A DNA stretch of 64,000 nucleotides from Leptolyngbyaceae cyanobacterium (GCA_965263355.1 CBDHHL010000056.1:1248001-1312000), one strand, 5' to 3'; shown: positions 29,548 through 40,913, numbered from the stretch's first letter. Numbers and translations are program-made. Notes: generated by a model from the sequence alone, not told the origin.

Positions 29548-30699
29548 TTAACGCAACACCTGGCTAGCGGCAGATACGCCACTACCAGGGGTGAAGCCTT
29601 CGTAGCCGATAATTTGCAGCGTAGTTTCTAGGGAGGCGATGGTGGTGAGAATGTCGCGATCGCAGACAAACCCCAAGTGACCAATCCGAAAGATCTTGCC
29701 CTTCAGATGATCCTGACCGCCCGCTAGGGCGATATCAAACTGCTTACGCATCGTAGAGCGAATATCCTCAGGATTCACAAGGTCACCGGGGATCACAGAG
29801 GTTACCGCAGGACTGCTAAACTCATCGGGGGCTAATAGCGGTAGCCCCAACGCTTTCATGGCAGCACGGCAAGCCTGCTTTTGACGTTCGTGACGGGCAA
29901 AGATATTTTCTAGCCCCTCTGCCCTCATCATTTCTAAAGCAGCCTGTAGGCCAAAGTATAGGTTGACTGGCGGTGTAAATGGAGTACTGTCCTTGGCAAA
30001 GGATTTCCGATACTTCCCCAGATCCATATAGAACTTGGGTAGGGTGGCCTTCTCATAGGCAGCCCAGGCCTTTGCACCGACCGAGACAAAGCCCATGCCG
30101 GGGGGCAGCATAAAGCCTTTCTGAGAGCCAGACGCCACCACATCTAGCCCCAGTTCATCTACCTTCAGATCGTAGGAGGCCAAACTAGTCACCGCATCCA
30201 CAATGATAATGGCCTCGCCATGGGCCTTGACCTTCTCATTAATGGCTTCGACAGGGTTAAGCACACCACTAGAGGTTTCGCTGTGGGTAACGATAACGGC
30301 CTTGATAGCTTTCTCTGTATCAGCCGCCAGGGCCGCACCAAATTTTTCGGGATCGAGGGGAACGCCCCAATCTTCTTGGAATACTTCGACATCCAGGCCA
30401 AAGGCTTTAGAAATCTGCGCCCAGCGATCGCCAAACTTACCGTTGCTACCCACCAGCACCTTATCGCCAGCGCTAAGGAAGTTGATAATGCCTGCTTCGA
30501 CGACACCGGTACCACTGGCACATAGGGTCAAAACTTCATTCTTAGTTTGAAATAGCCACTGCAGACCTTCATTGACCTCGGCAATGATTTTGCCAAAATC
30601 GCCACTGCGGTGGCCAATGGGGTGTTTACCCATCGCTTGTAGGACCTTCTCGGGAACTGGTGTAGGTCCCGGAATCATCAGCATTGCTTTATTGTCCAT
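29548..30699 (-). CDS. Class V PLP aminotransferase (alanine-glyoxylate/serine-pyruvate type; 'soluble hydrogenase 42 kDa subunit')
   Basis: LMIPGPTP, IGHRS, HSETS, VDAVTS, SGSQKGFMLPPG, FRIGHLG; start ATG 30699. Confidence 0.92.
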   Translation of the reverse strand: MDNKAMLMIPGPTPVPEKVLQAMGKHPIGHRSGDFGKIIAEVNEGLQWLFQTKNEVLTLCASGTGVVEAGIINFLSAGDKVLVGSNGKFGDRWAQISKAFGLDVEVFQEDWGVPLDPEKFGAALAADTEKAIKAVIVTHSETSSGVLNPVEAINEKVKAHGEAIIIVDAVTSLASYDLKVDELGLDVVASGSQKGFMLPPGMGFVSVGAKAWAAYEKATLPKFYMDLGKYRKSFAKDSTPFTPPVNLYFGLQAALEMMRAEGLENIFARHERQKQACRAAMKALGLPLLAPDEFSSPAVTSVIPGDLVNPEDIRSTMRKQFDIALAGGQDHLKGKIFRIGHLGFVCDRDILTTIASLETTLQIIGYEGFTPGSGVSAASQVLR

Positions 30700-30870
30700 G
30701 GGTGGTTTAGAAGACGATGTATAAAAAGTGCATTCCCCAGAATCGCATAAGTTCTGACGGCACCCCCCGCATTTTTGAGGTGTTGTAAGGTTTGGGGGGC
30801 GCACGATTTTTCCAGGTAGACGGAATTTAGGATTGTCAGCAAAATATGGGGGATACTCCCTTATGTCGCC

Positions 30871-31359
30871 ATGGAAACTACATTGCAACAGCTAACGGCT
30901 CAACCTTTAACTGCTGAAGCATTTCGACCCTTTGGGCAGGTGCTAGGTCCACAGTGGGATGGCAAACCTTACGATGCTGAGGATGCTCAGCTGAAGCTGG
31001 ATGGGGGCGTTCCACGCTTTTATATTATGCAGCTGGAGCGGAAGGGCAGGCAGTTTGATCGGATTACACGGCATTTGGCCTGTACGCAGTGTTTGGGCTC
31101 GTTAGAGGGGAAAGAATGGCTGATGGGGGTGGCTCCGCCCTGTGATGGCAGTGCACCAGACCCAGACCAGATTCGAGCGTTTAGGATTCCTGGGGACTGC
31201 TTTATTAAGCTGGAGGTAGGCACCTGGCATGCGGGGCCTTTGTTTGAGACGGATGTGATTAATTTCTACAATCTAGAGCTAAGTGATACCAATGTGGTGG
31301 ATCACGATACGTGTAATCTAGAGCAGACCTACGGACTGGCGTTTACTATTGTTGACTAG
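30871..31359 (+). CDS. Ureidoglycolate lyase/hydrolase-family protein
   Basis: PLTAEAFRPFGQV, ITRH..CTQCL, GTWHAGP. Confidence 0.82.
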   Translation: METTLQQLTAQPLTAEAFRPFGQVLGPQWDGKPYDAEDAQLKLDGGVPRFYIMQLERKGRQFDRITRHLACTQCLGSLEGKEWLMGVAPPCDGSAPDPDQIRAFRIPGDCFIKLEVGTWHAGPLFETDVINFYNLELSDTNVVDHDTCNLEQTYGLAFTIVD

Positions 31360-31489
31360 GCAAGCGCTGCTACTAGAATGCGCATGAGATCGTCCAAATC
31401 TTCAGGGACACGATAGCTGTCTAGGCCCTGTTCAAAGTGTTTAGTCTTGCGATTTAACCACACGGCTTGGAAGGTTAGATCGTTCGACT

Positions 31490-32763
31490 ATCTAGGACAA
31501 TAGTTTGAGGGTCGCTGGAAAAGTATTGATGCATTGTCCATCCCTCCGGAAATAGAGACCCAGATGCAACGCTACTATGCCTCACTGTCAGAGAAAGAGC
31601 GCAGACGGTATGCCGGGATAGAAGCGGTGAAGCTGGGCCATGGTGGCATCAGCTACATCAGTCGAGTGCTGAGCTGTGACCATAAGACGATTAAATTTGG
31701 GATGTCAGAATTGGCCGGGGATATGGAGCTGAATGCAGGGGGTATTCGTCGGGCAGGCGGGGGTCGGAAATCGGCCTTTGAAACGATTGAAGGCCTGGAC
31801 GAGGCCTTTTTAAGAGTCGTCTCTCCCCATACGGCAGGCTCCTCGATGGATGAGCGGATCAAATGGACGAATCTGAGCCGTCCTAAAATTGCAGAATTGC
31901 TTGCCGACGACGGCATTCGTGTGAGTGTGACCGTGGTGGACCAACTGTTGAAAAAGCACACTATCGTCGTCGTCAAATGCGCAAAACCCGAGCAACGGGC
32001 AGCCATCCCCAGCGTAATGCGCAATTTGAGAATATCGACCAGTTGCGCCAACACTACGAAGCCGATGGCAATCCCGTGATGAGTGTCGATACAAAAAAAA
32101 AGAATTGATTGGTCCGTTCTATCGAGCAGGCTACACCTACAACACCGAAGTGATAGACGTCTATGACCATGATTGGCAATCGTTGGCGGAGGGGATAGCC
32201 GTTCCGCATGGTCTCTACGATTTGCGCCAAAACAAGGGCTATATTCAGATTGGGACCAGTCGAGATACCACTGAATTTGCCTGTGATTCCATCTACCACT
32301 GGTGGATGCACCATGGCCGGTACGACTATCCTAATGCCACCTCTATCTTGCTTCTGTGTGATGGTGGTAGCAGTAACGGTGCGCGCTATTATATCTTCAA
32401 GCAAGACCGACAACTGCTCGCCAATGACCTGGGCATTGAGATTCGCATTGCCCATTATCCCCGTATACCTCCAAGCACAATCCGATTGAACATCGGTTGT
32501 TTCCTCATGTGTCTCGGGCCTGTGAAGGGGTCTTCTTTGATTCTATCGAAATGGTGAGTGACTTCATGGCTAAAGCCACGACTCAGACAGGCCTCAAGGT
32601 AGTCACAACTATCATTGATGCTGTGTACGAGACCGACAGAAAAGCGACCAAGGCATTTCTAGAGCAAATGCCTATCATCTTCGACGAGTTTCTGCCTCAA
32701 TGGAACTATGTCGCTCGTCCTCAACAACTCTAAATCAGGACCTTATTTAATCCTTGTTCCTTA
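31490..32763 (+). mobile_element. Degenerate ISAzo13-family element
   Basis: LSEKERRRYAG, RRAGGGRK, SVDTKK, DHDW, LCDGGSSNG, IEHRLF, PQWNY spread over several frames; right end …TTATTTAATCCTTGTTCC; left end not clearly seen. Confidence 0.88.
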
Positions 32764-33077
32764 GCCAATAATTTTTCAACTTAAGTTGATATCTTTGGAA
32801 ACTTATCTTTCAATTCTTAGACACCTATCGATTAAATTTAAATTGGCAATAAATAATGTTATCTGAAGAGGAATATACCAGTTATCTGTAAGCACGTAGA
32901 AAGCCTAAGAGAGTCTTATTTCAGTGATTTTATCTAGCCTTATAGCTTATTTAATAGGAACTCACAGTTACTAAAACAGTTATTCAGCTAAAGTACGCAT
33001 TCTGATTCTGACTCCAAATTTTATTATGGATATGATCTGGGGAATACCTAGAGAGAAAACTATAGTATCGGCTTATT

Positions 33078-35402
33078 ATGAAAGGTAAAATTCAATTAGC
33101 CCCAGCCTTAGACTTTGAAGCAGTTGTTGCTGAAGTTAAAAAGACACCAAGGCTGCGTAAAGATATTGAATTTTACAGCAGAATTATTCACACTTTACCA
33201 GCACTCATCTGGCTAAAAGATCCTGATGGTGCATATCTAGCCTGTAATCATCGTTTTGAAGATTTTCTTGGTGCCTCTGAAGAAGAAATACTGGGTAAGA
33301 CCGATTACGATTTTATGAATGCCAGGTTGGCAGACTTGTTTTGTCGGTATGATAAGGACGTAATCCTAAAAGACTCTCCAGTAATCAATGAAGAATGGAT
33401 AACCTTTTCCAATAATGGGCATCGTGAACTTCTTGAGATAAATCGACTTCCCATGTATGGCAAAAATGGGGAGTTGGTTGGCGTACTAGGCATTGGACAC
33501 AATGTTACTATTCGTAGAGAATCAGAGTTTGTACATCAAGAGTCTGATGGAAGAGCCTTTTGTCTTGTAGGCACTCATGTTGATATAACTACTCGAAAGA
33601 AAGCAAAAACATTTGATGACAAGAATGCCGAGATTCTGGAAATGATTGCCACAGGGAAACCTGCATCAGAGATTTATGCAGAAATCGCATTAATGTATGA
33701 AGAACGTCACCCTGGGCTACGATGTTCAATGCTTGAATTACAGGATGGTCGACTTATGCACGGAGGAGCTCCAAGCCTGCCAAAGGAATATTGCGATGCT
33801 GTTCATGGTCTGAAAAACGGTCCTAACGTAGGTTCATGTGGTACATCAACTTATACTGGCAAGCGTGTTCTTGTTGAAAATATTGAAACCGATCCCAAAT
33901 GGGCCAAGATCAAGCATGTGGCACTTCCCCATGGTATGCGATGCTGTTGGTCTGAACCGATTAAAAATTCCTCAGGCATAGTTTTAGGTGCATTTGGGAT
34001 GTATTATAACTATCCCGCACTGCCAAATGAGGAGGAATCAAACGATCTTAAGTCTGCAGCAAGGCTGGCTGGGATTGTGATGGAGCGAGATCAGGCCCAA
34101 AAGCGTATACGAGAATTAGCGTATATCGATGACTTAACAGGAATTTCTAATCGTGCTAGCTTCTATCAGAAGCTTGAAATATCAATCAAACGGTCTAATC
34201 GCAGCAAATCACGTTTGGGGATTCTATACATTGACTTAGATGATTTTAAGAGTGTTAATGACACGTTAGGTCACGATGCTGGTGACTTACTACTACAGGA
34301 AATTGCTAAGCGGCTGCAGAAAGTTACTCGTGAAAATGATTTTGTTGCCCGCCTTAGTGGTGATGAATTCTGTATTCTTATCAATGATGTAAATAATAAC
34401 TATGCTGCAGCCTATGTGGCCCAACATTGCCTTAAAGTAATATCAAAGCCAGTCGAGCTATTGGCCAGAAAATTCACTCCAGCTTGCAGTATTGGGATTG
34501 CACATTACCCTGATGACGGTCCGGATCTTTCCACATTAATAAAAGCAGCGGATACGTCGCTTTATGCGGCAAAGGAACGGGGCAAAAATCAGTATGCCTT
34601 CTATAAGCCTGAATTAACTCGAAAAGCAGAGTATCGGTTTCGGATGGAACAAAATTTGCGAGAGGCGGTAGAAAAACAGCAGCTATCCTTGGTTTATCAA
34701 CCTCAAATTCAGCTTCTTACTGGCAATATTATCGGTGTTGAGGCATTGTCACGTTGGTATCATCCACGGTTAGGATATGTTTCACCTACTGATTTTATTG
34801 CTACAGCCGAGAAAATAGGAATGATTAAACCTCTCACTGAATGGGTATTAAAAACAGCCTGTAATCAAGCAGTTGCGTGGAAAAAGTTGGGTTTACCTGC
34901 GATTCGTATGGCGGTTAATATCTCTCCAGTTCACTTTCTCGATCAGGATTTCGTGTCATTGATTCAACGTGTTATTGATGAGACCGGCATGGTGCCATCA
35001 GAATTGGAACTCGAGGTGACTGAGAGTGTTGTGCAAACGGATCAGCAAAATCTCTCGACGTTTCAATCATTGAAAGAGCTGGGTGTATTGCTGGCAATCG
35101 ATGATTTCGGAACAGGCTATTCGTCGTTTGCATCTCTCAAACATTTGACAATTGATTGTCTGAAAATCGATAAGTATTTTATCAATGATATGCTAATTGA
35201 CTATAAAGCTAAAAGCTTGATTGGCTCTATGATAGAGATGTGTCGCAATCTGGAACATGAAGTCATTGCTGAAGGTGTTGAGACTGAAGAACAATGTCAT
35301 ACACTCCAAAATTTTGGTTGTGAAATTGCTCAAGGTTATCTATTTAGCAGACCTGTCAACTCTGATGAAATATCAAAACTTTTGAATAGTACTATTGCCT
35401 GA
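33078..35402 (+). CDS. PAS-GAF-GGDEF-EAL c-di-GMP protein
   Basis: PAS (IWLKDPDG), GAF (GSCGT…CWSEPI), REND I-site + SGDEF, EAL, DDFGTGYSS. Confidence 0.92.
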   Translation: MKGKIQLAPALDFEAVVAEVKKTPRLRKDIEFYSRIIHTLPALIWLKDPDGAYLACNHRFEDFLGASEEEILGKTDYDFMNARLADLFCRYDKDVILKDSPVINEEWITFSNNGHRELLEINRLPMYGKNGELVGVLGIGHNVTIRRESEFVHQESDGRAFCLVGTHVDITTRKKAKTFDDKNAEILEMIATGKPASEIYAEIALMYEERHPGLRCSMLELQDGRLMHGGAPSLPKEYCDAVHGLKNGPNVGSCGTSTYTGKRVLVENIETDPKWAKIKHVALPHGMRCCWSEPIKNSSGIVLGAFGMYYNYPALPNEEESNDLKSAARLAGIVMERDQAQKRIRELAYIDDLTGISNRASFYQKLEISIKRSNRSKSRLGILYIDLDDFKSVNDTLGHDAGDLLLQEIAKRLQKVTRENDFVARLSGDEFCILINDVNNNYAAAYVAQHCLKVISKPVELLARKFTPACSIGIAHYPDDGPDLSTLIKAADTSLYAAKERGKNQYAFYKPELTRKAEYRFRMEQNLREAVEKQQLSLVYQPQIQLLTGNIIGVEALSRWYHPRLGYVSPTDFIATAEKIGMIKPLTEWVLKTACNQAVAWKKLGLPAIRMAVNISPVHFLDQDFVSLIQRVIDETGMVPSELELEVTESVVQTDQQNLSTFQSLKELGVLLAIDDFGTGYSSFASLKHLTIDCLKIDKYFINDMLIDYKAKSLIGSMIEMCRNLEHEVIAEGVETEEQCHTLQNFGCEIAQGYLFSRPVNSDEISKLLNSTIA

Positions 35403-35459
35403 GTAGCAATTCGCCCAGTAACTTTCATCATCTGGTTTTGTTTTTTGGGGTTTGCCTCC

Positions 35460-35924
35460 CTAAAGTTTTTGCATCATAAACACACTATTTGGATCCTCTA
35501 GATAATCACCAAAAGGGCCTTGATACTCAAATCCATGACGTGTGTATAGGGCACGTGCTGTAGCAAACTCATCCATCGAACCTGTTTCCAGATTTAGACA
35601 TTTGTAACCACGTTGTTTCGCATTTCTAATGATGTGTTTTAGCATTGTTGAGCCAATTCCCCTACCCCGATGGGCCTGAGCCGTGCGCATTGACTTAATC
35701 TCACCGCTAGTAGCGTCCAGTTCTTTTAATGCACCACAGCCCACCAACTCATCTCCTTCCCAAACAGACCAAAACGTAATCTCTGGTATACGCAGTGCCT
35801 TTAGACCCAATGCATGCACACTTTCAGGGGGCGTAATCTTGTACATTTCGTCCAGATGTTCCTGGAGAAATGCAGCAATGGCTTGACCCGTTAGATCATC
35901 TTCGCGAATCTGAAATTGACTCAT
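35460..35924 (-). CDS. GNAT N-acetyltransferase (YedL-like)
   Basis: PPESVHAL, GEIKSMRT, RGRGIG, LETG. Confidence 0.9.
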   Translation of the reverse strand: MSQFQIREDDLTGQAIAAFLQEHLDEMYKITPPESVHALGLKALRIPEITFWSVWEGDELVGCGALKELDATSGEIKSMRTAQAHRGRGIGSTMLKHIIRNAKQRGYKCLNLETGSMDEFATARALYTRHGFEYQGPFGDYLEDPNSVFMMQKL

Positions 35925-36003
35925 CGTTGTTACTGGCTAGAGACACTTTTCCATTGTGAAGCAAATGATCGAGGAATGTGTATACAAAATAACCAGAAGC
36001 AAA

Positions 36004-37068
36004 TTAAGGTAGCTGCACCTTTTCTACCCCTTCCCTTGTCGCAACAATTGCCCATCGGTGTGTAGTATCTAATGCTAACGCCTGAATAATTCCGTGGACA
36101 GGATACTCCGCCAGAACCTGTCCACTCGTCAAGTCGATGGTAGCCAACCAGGATCCTGCTCCATAGATGAGCGTTTGTCGATCTAAAAACGCAATGGTAC
36201 TTTGCCACGGATGGTAGGCGGCATGGGGATGTTGGATATACGGCATAGGCTTTTCCCAAACAATGTGGAAAAAACTGGCAACGAGTTCTTTGTCGGAAGA
36301 GAAGTCATGGTCTGCAGGTATTTGCTGTAGCTTACTGCGATCTAGATAGCGACAGGTAATAAATGCCTGGGGCGGAGAGCCAACACCCTTATAACTAGTA
36401 TGGAGTAGATAATCACCCTCCGCACTTAAACATAGACGATCCTCATGACAGCGGACATCTCCCCAAAAATTTCCTAGATAAATAAGCTGGTCCGTTGCTA
36501 AATCGTCGATTCGATACAGCTCAAATTGTATAAACTGATCGGTATTTTCAACAATCAAAAACTGTAAGTGTGGATCCACTGCGATTATGCCGGTATAGTC
36601 GGTCCATCGTCGCTTCAGGCGCAGAATTGAAGACGGTATTAATGGAGAAACCAGGGGTACACATTGTACATCTCCAAAATTCTCAGCGACTACCAGGTAA
36701 CCAGGGCAATGATGCAGCGTATCAATCTCAGGACATGCGTCATGGCCAACGATCAGATCATCCATATTGGTCTCTTCTAATGGCATATGCGCTAGCCGTT
36801 GTCGTTGCTGTAATTGCCAACTATGCCAGTCGAGGAACAAAAGTGTGCTGTTGGTTTGACCCGGCTCAACCAGAACTAACGTATCGTTGACCCGACAAAG
36901 GGGTGGAATCCGTTGCCAATGAAATAAGACATGATGATCGTCCAGCATGCGAGGTGTTTGGCCAGATACGTCCCACCGGAGCAGCCGATTTGGATGCACT
37001 GGTGTGATCACCTCTTGGCGCTCTGGATGATAAACAATCGACTTACAATCCACACAGGTCATTTTCAA
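36004..37068 (-). CDS. Hypothetical protein, possible beta-propeller
   Basis: 354-aa ORF with short beta-strand/WD-like segments. Confidence 0.55.
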   Translation of the reverse strand: MKMTCVDCKSIVYHPERQEVITPVHPNRLLRWDVSGQTPRMLDDHHVLFHWQRIPPLCRVNDTLVLVEPGQTNSTLLFLDWHSWQLQQRQRLAHMPLEETNMDDLIVGHDACPEIDTLHHCPGYLVVAENFGDVQCVPLVSPLIPSSILRLKRRWTDYTGIIAVDPHLQFLIVENTDQFIQFELYRIDDLATDQLIYLGNFWGDVRCHEDRLCLSAEGDYLLHTSYKGVGSPPQAFITCRYLDRSKLQQIPADHDFSSDKELVASFFHIVWEKPMPYIQHPHAAYHPWQSTIAFLDRQTLIYGAGSWLATIDLTSGQVLAEYPVHGIIQALALDTTHRWAIVATREGVEKVQLP

Positions 37069-37172
37069 GGAGACTTTAATGTACAGGCTTGGTAAACGTG
37101 AATCTTTCTGTAGATCTTAGATTCTCCCAAAAAGAACTGTCGTTCCCAGCTAAATGAAATTCTATGCTTTGC

Positions 37173-38963
37173 CTATACTATCTGCAGTGCATGCAATTTA
37201 GAGTAAAGACCGTCCTGTTGCAGCAGTTGTCGATGATGGCCGATTTCTTGGATTTTTCCTTGATCTAGCACGATAATCCGATCGGCTTGACGAATTGTCG
37301 ACAGCCGATGGGCGACGACAAATGTCGTGCGTCCTTTCATGAGCTTTGACAGAGCGGTCTGGATCATAGCTTCAGAAGCTGTATCGAGCGATGCAGTGGC
37401 CTCATCTAAAATCAGCACCCTGGGGTTACGAATAAGGGCCCGAGCAATGGCCAGCCGCTGCCGTTGACCGCCTGACAGTCGCACTCCATTTTCGCCAATG
37501 GATGTATTTAATCCCTCGGGCAGCTGGGCAATAAAGTCTTCTGCCTGGGCGTCTTGGATGGCTTGTTTCAGGTGTGCATCAGCCACAGTTTCAGTGCCGT
37601 AAAGAATGTTGTCTCGTACATTGCCCTCAAACAAAATTGTTTCCTGGGCTACTACCGAAACGAACTGTCGATAGGTGCGCAGGTCCAATTGATTCATATC
37701 TTGACCGTCTAGTAAAATCCGGCCACTTGTTGGTCGCAAAAAGCCAATGACCAGATTAACCAGGGTAGACTTTCCAGCCCCTGAGGGACCCACCAGGGCA
37801 ATGGTTTCTCCGGCTGCTACGGTTAGCTCAATCCCTTGCAAAGCTGGATATGGCTGTTCTGGATAGGTAAAACTAACGTTCTCAAAGCAAAATGCCCCAG
37901 TGATCTGCTTAACTGCCTGTTTACCCTGGTTAGACTCTACGTCAGCACATTCTAGTACTTCGCCCACCGAGCAAATAGCCTCTACACCAGTGGCCATTTG
38001 GGGCAGGACCGCCAAAATTTGGGCAATGGACTGGGTCAGCGTATTAAAGTACCCCGTTAGTAACACTACATCCCCGGTAGAAATGTTGAGCTGTCCTGTA
38101 TAGGCCAGATAGGCGGATGTGAGTAAACAGGCCGCATTAAATAAACGCAGGGTGATCCAGGTAGACGCATTGGTAATGGCATTGATGCCGTCTAAACGCA
38201 TGCCTGCTTGCTTGACGGATGCCAACTTGGTCTGGGTACGCTCAATGGCGGTGGCCTCAGCCCCATGGGCGCGGGTAACCGGAACCAGCTTAATCATGTC
38301 TGTAAGATGGGCCGACATCGCCTCTACCTGTTTGCGAAAGGTGTGGTTGCGATCGCGCATCGGCTGCCTCAATACCCGCACAATTAGTACAGCTGCCGGC
38401 ACCGTCGCTACAAAGAACAGCAAAAACCAGGGGGCGCGCTGAGACGTGACGACAATGGCTATGGCTATGGTCAATAATGCTGCCGGAATAAACTGAAAAA
38501 CATCCCGAGTCAGCTGTTGAATTTTTTCCACATCCTGCAATAGTTTTGCCTGGATGGCTCCAGTACTACGGCGACTGTGATAGCTAATGGATAGCTGCTG
38601 CAGCCGCCAGGTCATGGCCGAACGCAGGGTTAACTCCATCTGGCGTGTGGCTGCACTCATAGCCCAAATGTGCAGATAGTGCATGGGCAGATTTTGAATA
38701 ATGCTGACCACCAAAATCGCACCGTTAATCCAAAGGCTGGACAGACTATGCTGTTCTGGCTGCGTCAAAATATCGATAATGTTGGCGATTATCAGGGGCC
38801 GAATCCATTCGGGGCTGTGTTTAATAACAAAAAAGCCAAACGACAGCGCCAACTTCTGCCAGTCATGACGGTAGAGCAGACACAGTGTCCGCAAGGGAGC
38901 ATCACTGCGATAGTCAAACCCAAGGCCAGCGGGAAAACTCTGAGCGGCAGAAACCATGGGCAT
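37173..38963 (-). CDS. ABC exporter, fused permease/ATPase
   Basis: TM domain; GPSGAGKS, LSGGQRQR, ILDEAT. Confidence 0.93.
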   Translation of the reverse strand: MPMVSAAQSFPAGLGFDYRSDAPLRTLCLLYRHDWQKLALSFGFFVIKHSPEWIRPLIIANIIDILTQPEQHSLSSLWINGAILVVSIIQNLPMHYLHIWAMSAATRQMELTLRSAMTWRLQQLSISYHSRRSTGAIQAKLLQDVEKIQQLTRDVFQFIPAALLTIAIAIVVTSQRAPWFLLFFVATVPAAVLIVRVLRQPMRDRNHTFRKQVEAMSAHLTDMIKLVPVTRAHGAEATAIERTQTKLASVKQAGMRLDGINAITNASTWITLRLFNAACLLTSAYLAYTGQLNISTGDVVLLTGYFNTLTQSIAQILAVLPQMATGVEAICSVGEVLECADVESNQGKQAVKQITGAFCFENVSFTYPEQPYPALQGIELTVAAGETIALVGPSGAGKSTLVNLVIGFLRPTSGRILLDGQDMNQLDLRTYRQFVSVVAQETILFEGNVRDNILYGTETVADAHLKQAIQDAQAEDFIAQLPEGLNTSIGENGVRLSGGQRQRLAIARALIRNPRVLILDEATASLDTASEAMIQTALSKLMKGRTTFVVAHRLSTIRQADRIIVLDQGKIQEIGHHRQLLQQDGLYSKLHALQIV

Positions 38964-39061
38964 TGGTTAACCAAAAATGTGACGGTACTCCTTTATTGTG
39001 ACTTATACGAGATCCTGGCTGCTAGCCTCTGGTATCCCAGGGCAACCACAAGGGATTGCCC

Positions 39062-40048
39062 CTACGATGCCACCACATCTCGCACAAACTCGACTAGCTT
39101 TTCACTGCCAACTTTAGCGGCTATATTAATCGGGAGCCTTCGCAAATACCAATAAACTGTCCAGGAAAGTGACTCTTGGGGAGAGATTTTTGTATAGGCA
39201 CCTTGTTGCTCAATTTCAATGTAGGGACGCTCAGCATTGGCAAAAATTTCAATCTCGCCTTCAGTGGGGGCCTGGTGGTCAAGGGGAATATCCTGGAATG
39301 ATTTGATCAACAGTTTGTCCCCATCTAGATGGGCCAACCAGCCTTCAGCCCCATCGGCATAAAGCTTTTGGTTAGCCTGAATAGTCTGGCTATCATACTT
39401 AAACCAGGTAATGCCATTTAGTTCTTGGGTGGTTAACGGCTCAAATGGCCCTGACCCCAATGTAGCATCGCCGGTTGGATAAAAGGTTAAACCGTCTGGA
39501 TGGACCCGTGAAACTTCCCAGGGAGAGAAGGTTTGAGATGTCTCTGAGAAGTTAGTGATTGTATACTCAACCGCAACCCTAGACCGTTGTACATCAAGCA
39601 CAAATCGTTTAGTGATTTGTAATTCTAGCTCAGCACTGATTTCACTTTTCATCAATACTGCAGAGCTATTTGTCTCTACCGTGTAGGGGTCAGTATCGAT
39701 TTCTGCAATGGGTGGCCATTCCCAGATATTTTGAGGACTGGGCCAAAAGGTAGAACCATAGTTCTGGGGATCTACAGAGGGGGGTGTCAAAATGTTTTCG
39801 TCATCTAATCGAAATGCGATTATCCTAGCCCCATGGGATGGATCGACCTCAAACGTGAGATTATCTGACTGCAACACATAGGGGTTAGGTTGACGAGGGG
39901 CTGTAGTCTGAATGTCTCTATCTTGGCTGGCCATCACTGGCTGACTGAGCATAAGCCAGCTGAGGGAAAATGCCACAATCGTTAATAGAATTGATCGGAG
40001 ACGGTTTTGCCCATATTGTTTAGTCACCCTGCAACACCCGTAAAACAC
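39062..40048 (-). CDS. Exported DUF4380-like (mutarotase-fold) protein
   Basis: Signal-like segment; GSTFWPSPQ..WEWPP, KLYADGAEGWLA, YIEIEQQG. Confidence 0.65.
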   Translation of the reverse strand: MFYGCCRVTKQYGQNRLRSILLTIVAFSLSWLMLSQPVMASQDRDIQTTAPRQPNPYVLQSDNLTFEVDPSHGARIIAFRLDDENILTPPSVDPQNYGSTFWPSPQNIWEWPPIAEIDTDPYTVETNSSAVLMKSEISAELELQITKRFVLDVQRSRVAVEYTITNFSETSQTFSPWEVSRVHPDGLTFYPTGDATLGSGPFEPLTTQELNGITWFKYDSQTIQANQKLYADGAEGWLAHLDGDKLLIKSFQDIPLDHQAPTEGEIEIFANAERPYIEIEQQGAYTKISPQESLSWTVYWYLRRLPINIAAKVGSEKLVEFVRDVVAS

Positions 40049-40097
40049 TAAGCTATCATTTTACATAACTACAGGTGGCTCAGGGCAAGCTCACAAA

Positions 40098-40913
40098 TTA
40101 TAGTGACTGTCTCACGTCATCAGTTTTTTGAACTTGTTCTGGGCTAAAGCCCGCCTGTTGTAGGTGATCTAAAAACCAAGCTTCTTGGTAGGCAGACTCC
40201 AGGTAGATGGCCTGTTGATAGGCCTGTTGGGCGGCAAGGGTGTCTTGGTTATCCCAATGGGCAATGGCCAGGGCAACTAGGGGATGGGGGTTACCAGGTT
40301 CCAGGTCAGCCGCTTGTTGGGCATTTGCGATCGCACGCCCATAATCTTCCAACCGATGGTATGCCAGACTCAGATTGTAATAGCCGATTTCATTGTCTGG
40401 CTGTAGGGTAACTGCCTTAGTATGGGTCTCTACGGCGTTTTTCAACTGGCCATCCACCAGATACACAATACCCAATGCATTTAAGGCAGGAACATGGCCA
40501 TCATTTTGCGCTAGCGTCTGTTGTAGTACATCAATGGCATTATCCGATTGCCCATCCAAATGTAAAGTCCAGCCTAAAATCACCTGTCCAGAGAGATTCT
40601 GTGGGTCCAATGTAACGGCCTCTTGGAGGGCTGCGATCGCATCTGTATAGCGCCCCTGCCCACGATATTCTAGACCTAGCTGACGATATTGAGCCGCAGC
40701 GGCTTTTTCTGCGGCAGAGGGTTCAGGGCCAGGCGCTTTGGCTGTCTCCTGGTTAGAGGTAGCTGGGGGCTGATTGACCGAGGTGGAGGGACTGGCAGGC
40801 TGAGATGGTGGGGAAGACCCACGGCACCCCAATAGGCTGACGACTAGTAGGGCACTAACCATGGCTTTGGCCGCTTGGCTTGGATTGCTATTTCGCATTA
40901 TGAATAATGACAT
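40098..40913 (-). CDS. TPR-repeat lipoprotein
   Basis: LLGC lipobox, P/S linker, several TPRs. Confidence 0.85.
   Translation of the reverse strand: MSLFIMRNSNPSQAAKAMVSALLVVSLLGCRGSSPPSQPASPSTSVNQPPATSNQETAKAPGPEPSAAEKAAAAQYRQLGLEYRGQGRYTDAIAALQEAVTLDPQNLSGQVILGWTLHLDGQSDNAIDVLQQTLAQNDGHVPALNALGIVYLVDGQLKNAVETHTKAVTLQPDNEIGYYNLSLAYHRLEDYGRAIANAQQAADLEPGNPHPLVALAIAHWDNQDTLAAQQAYQQAIYLESAYQEAWFLDHLQQAGFSPEQVQKTDDVRQSL

Noticed and set aside
30700..30888. N-terminal extension of the aminotransferase
   Set aside because: Family similarity starts at MDNKAMLMIPG; extension crosses the divergent promoter
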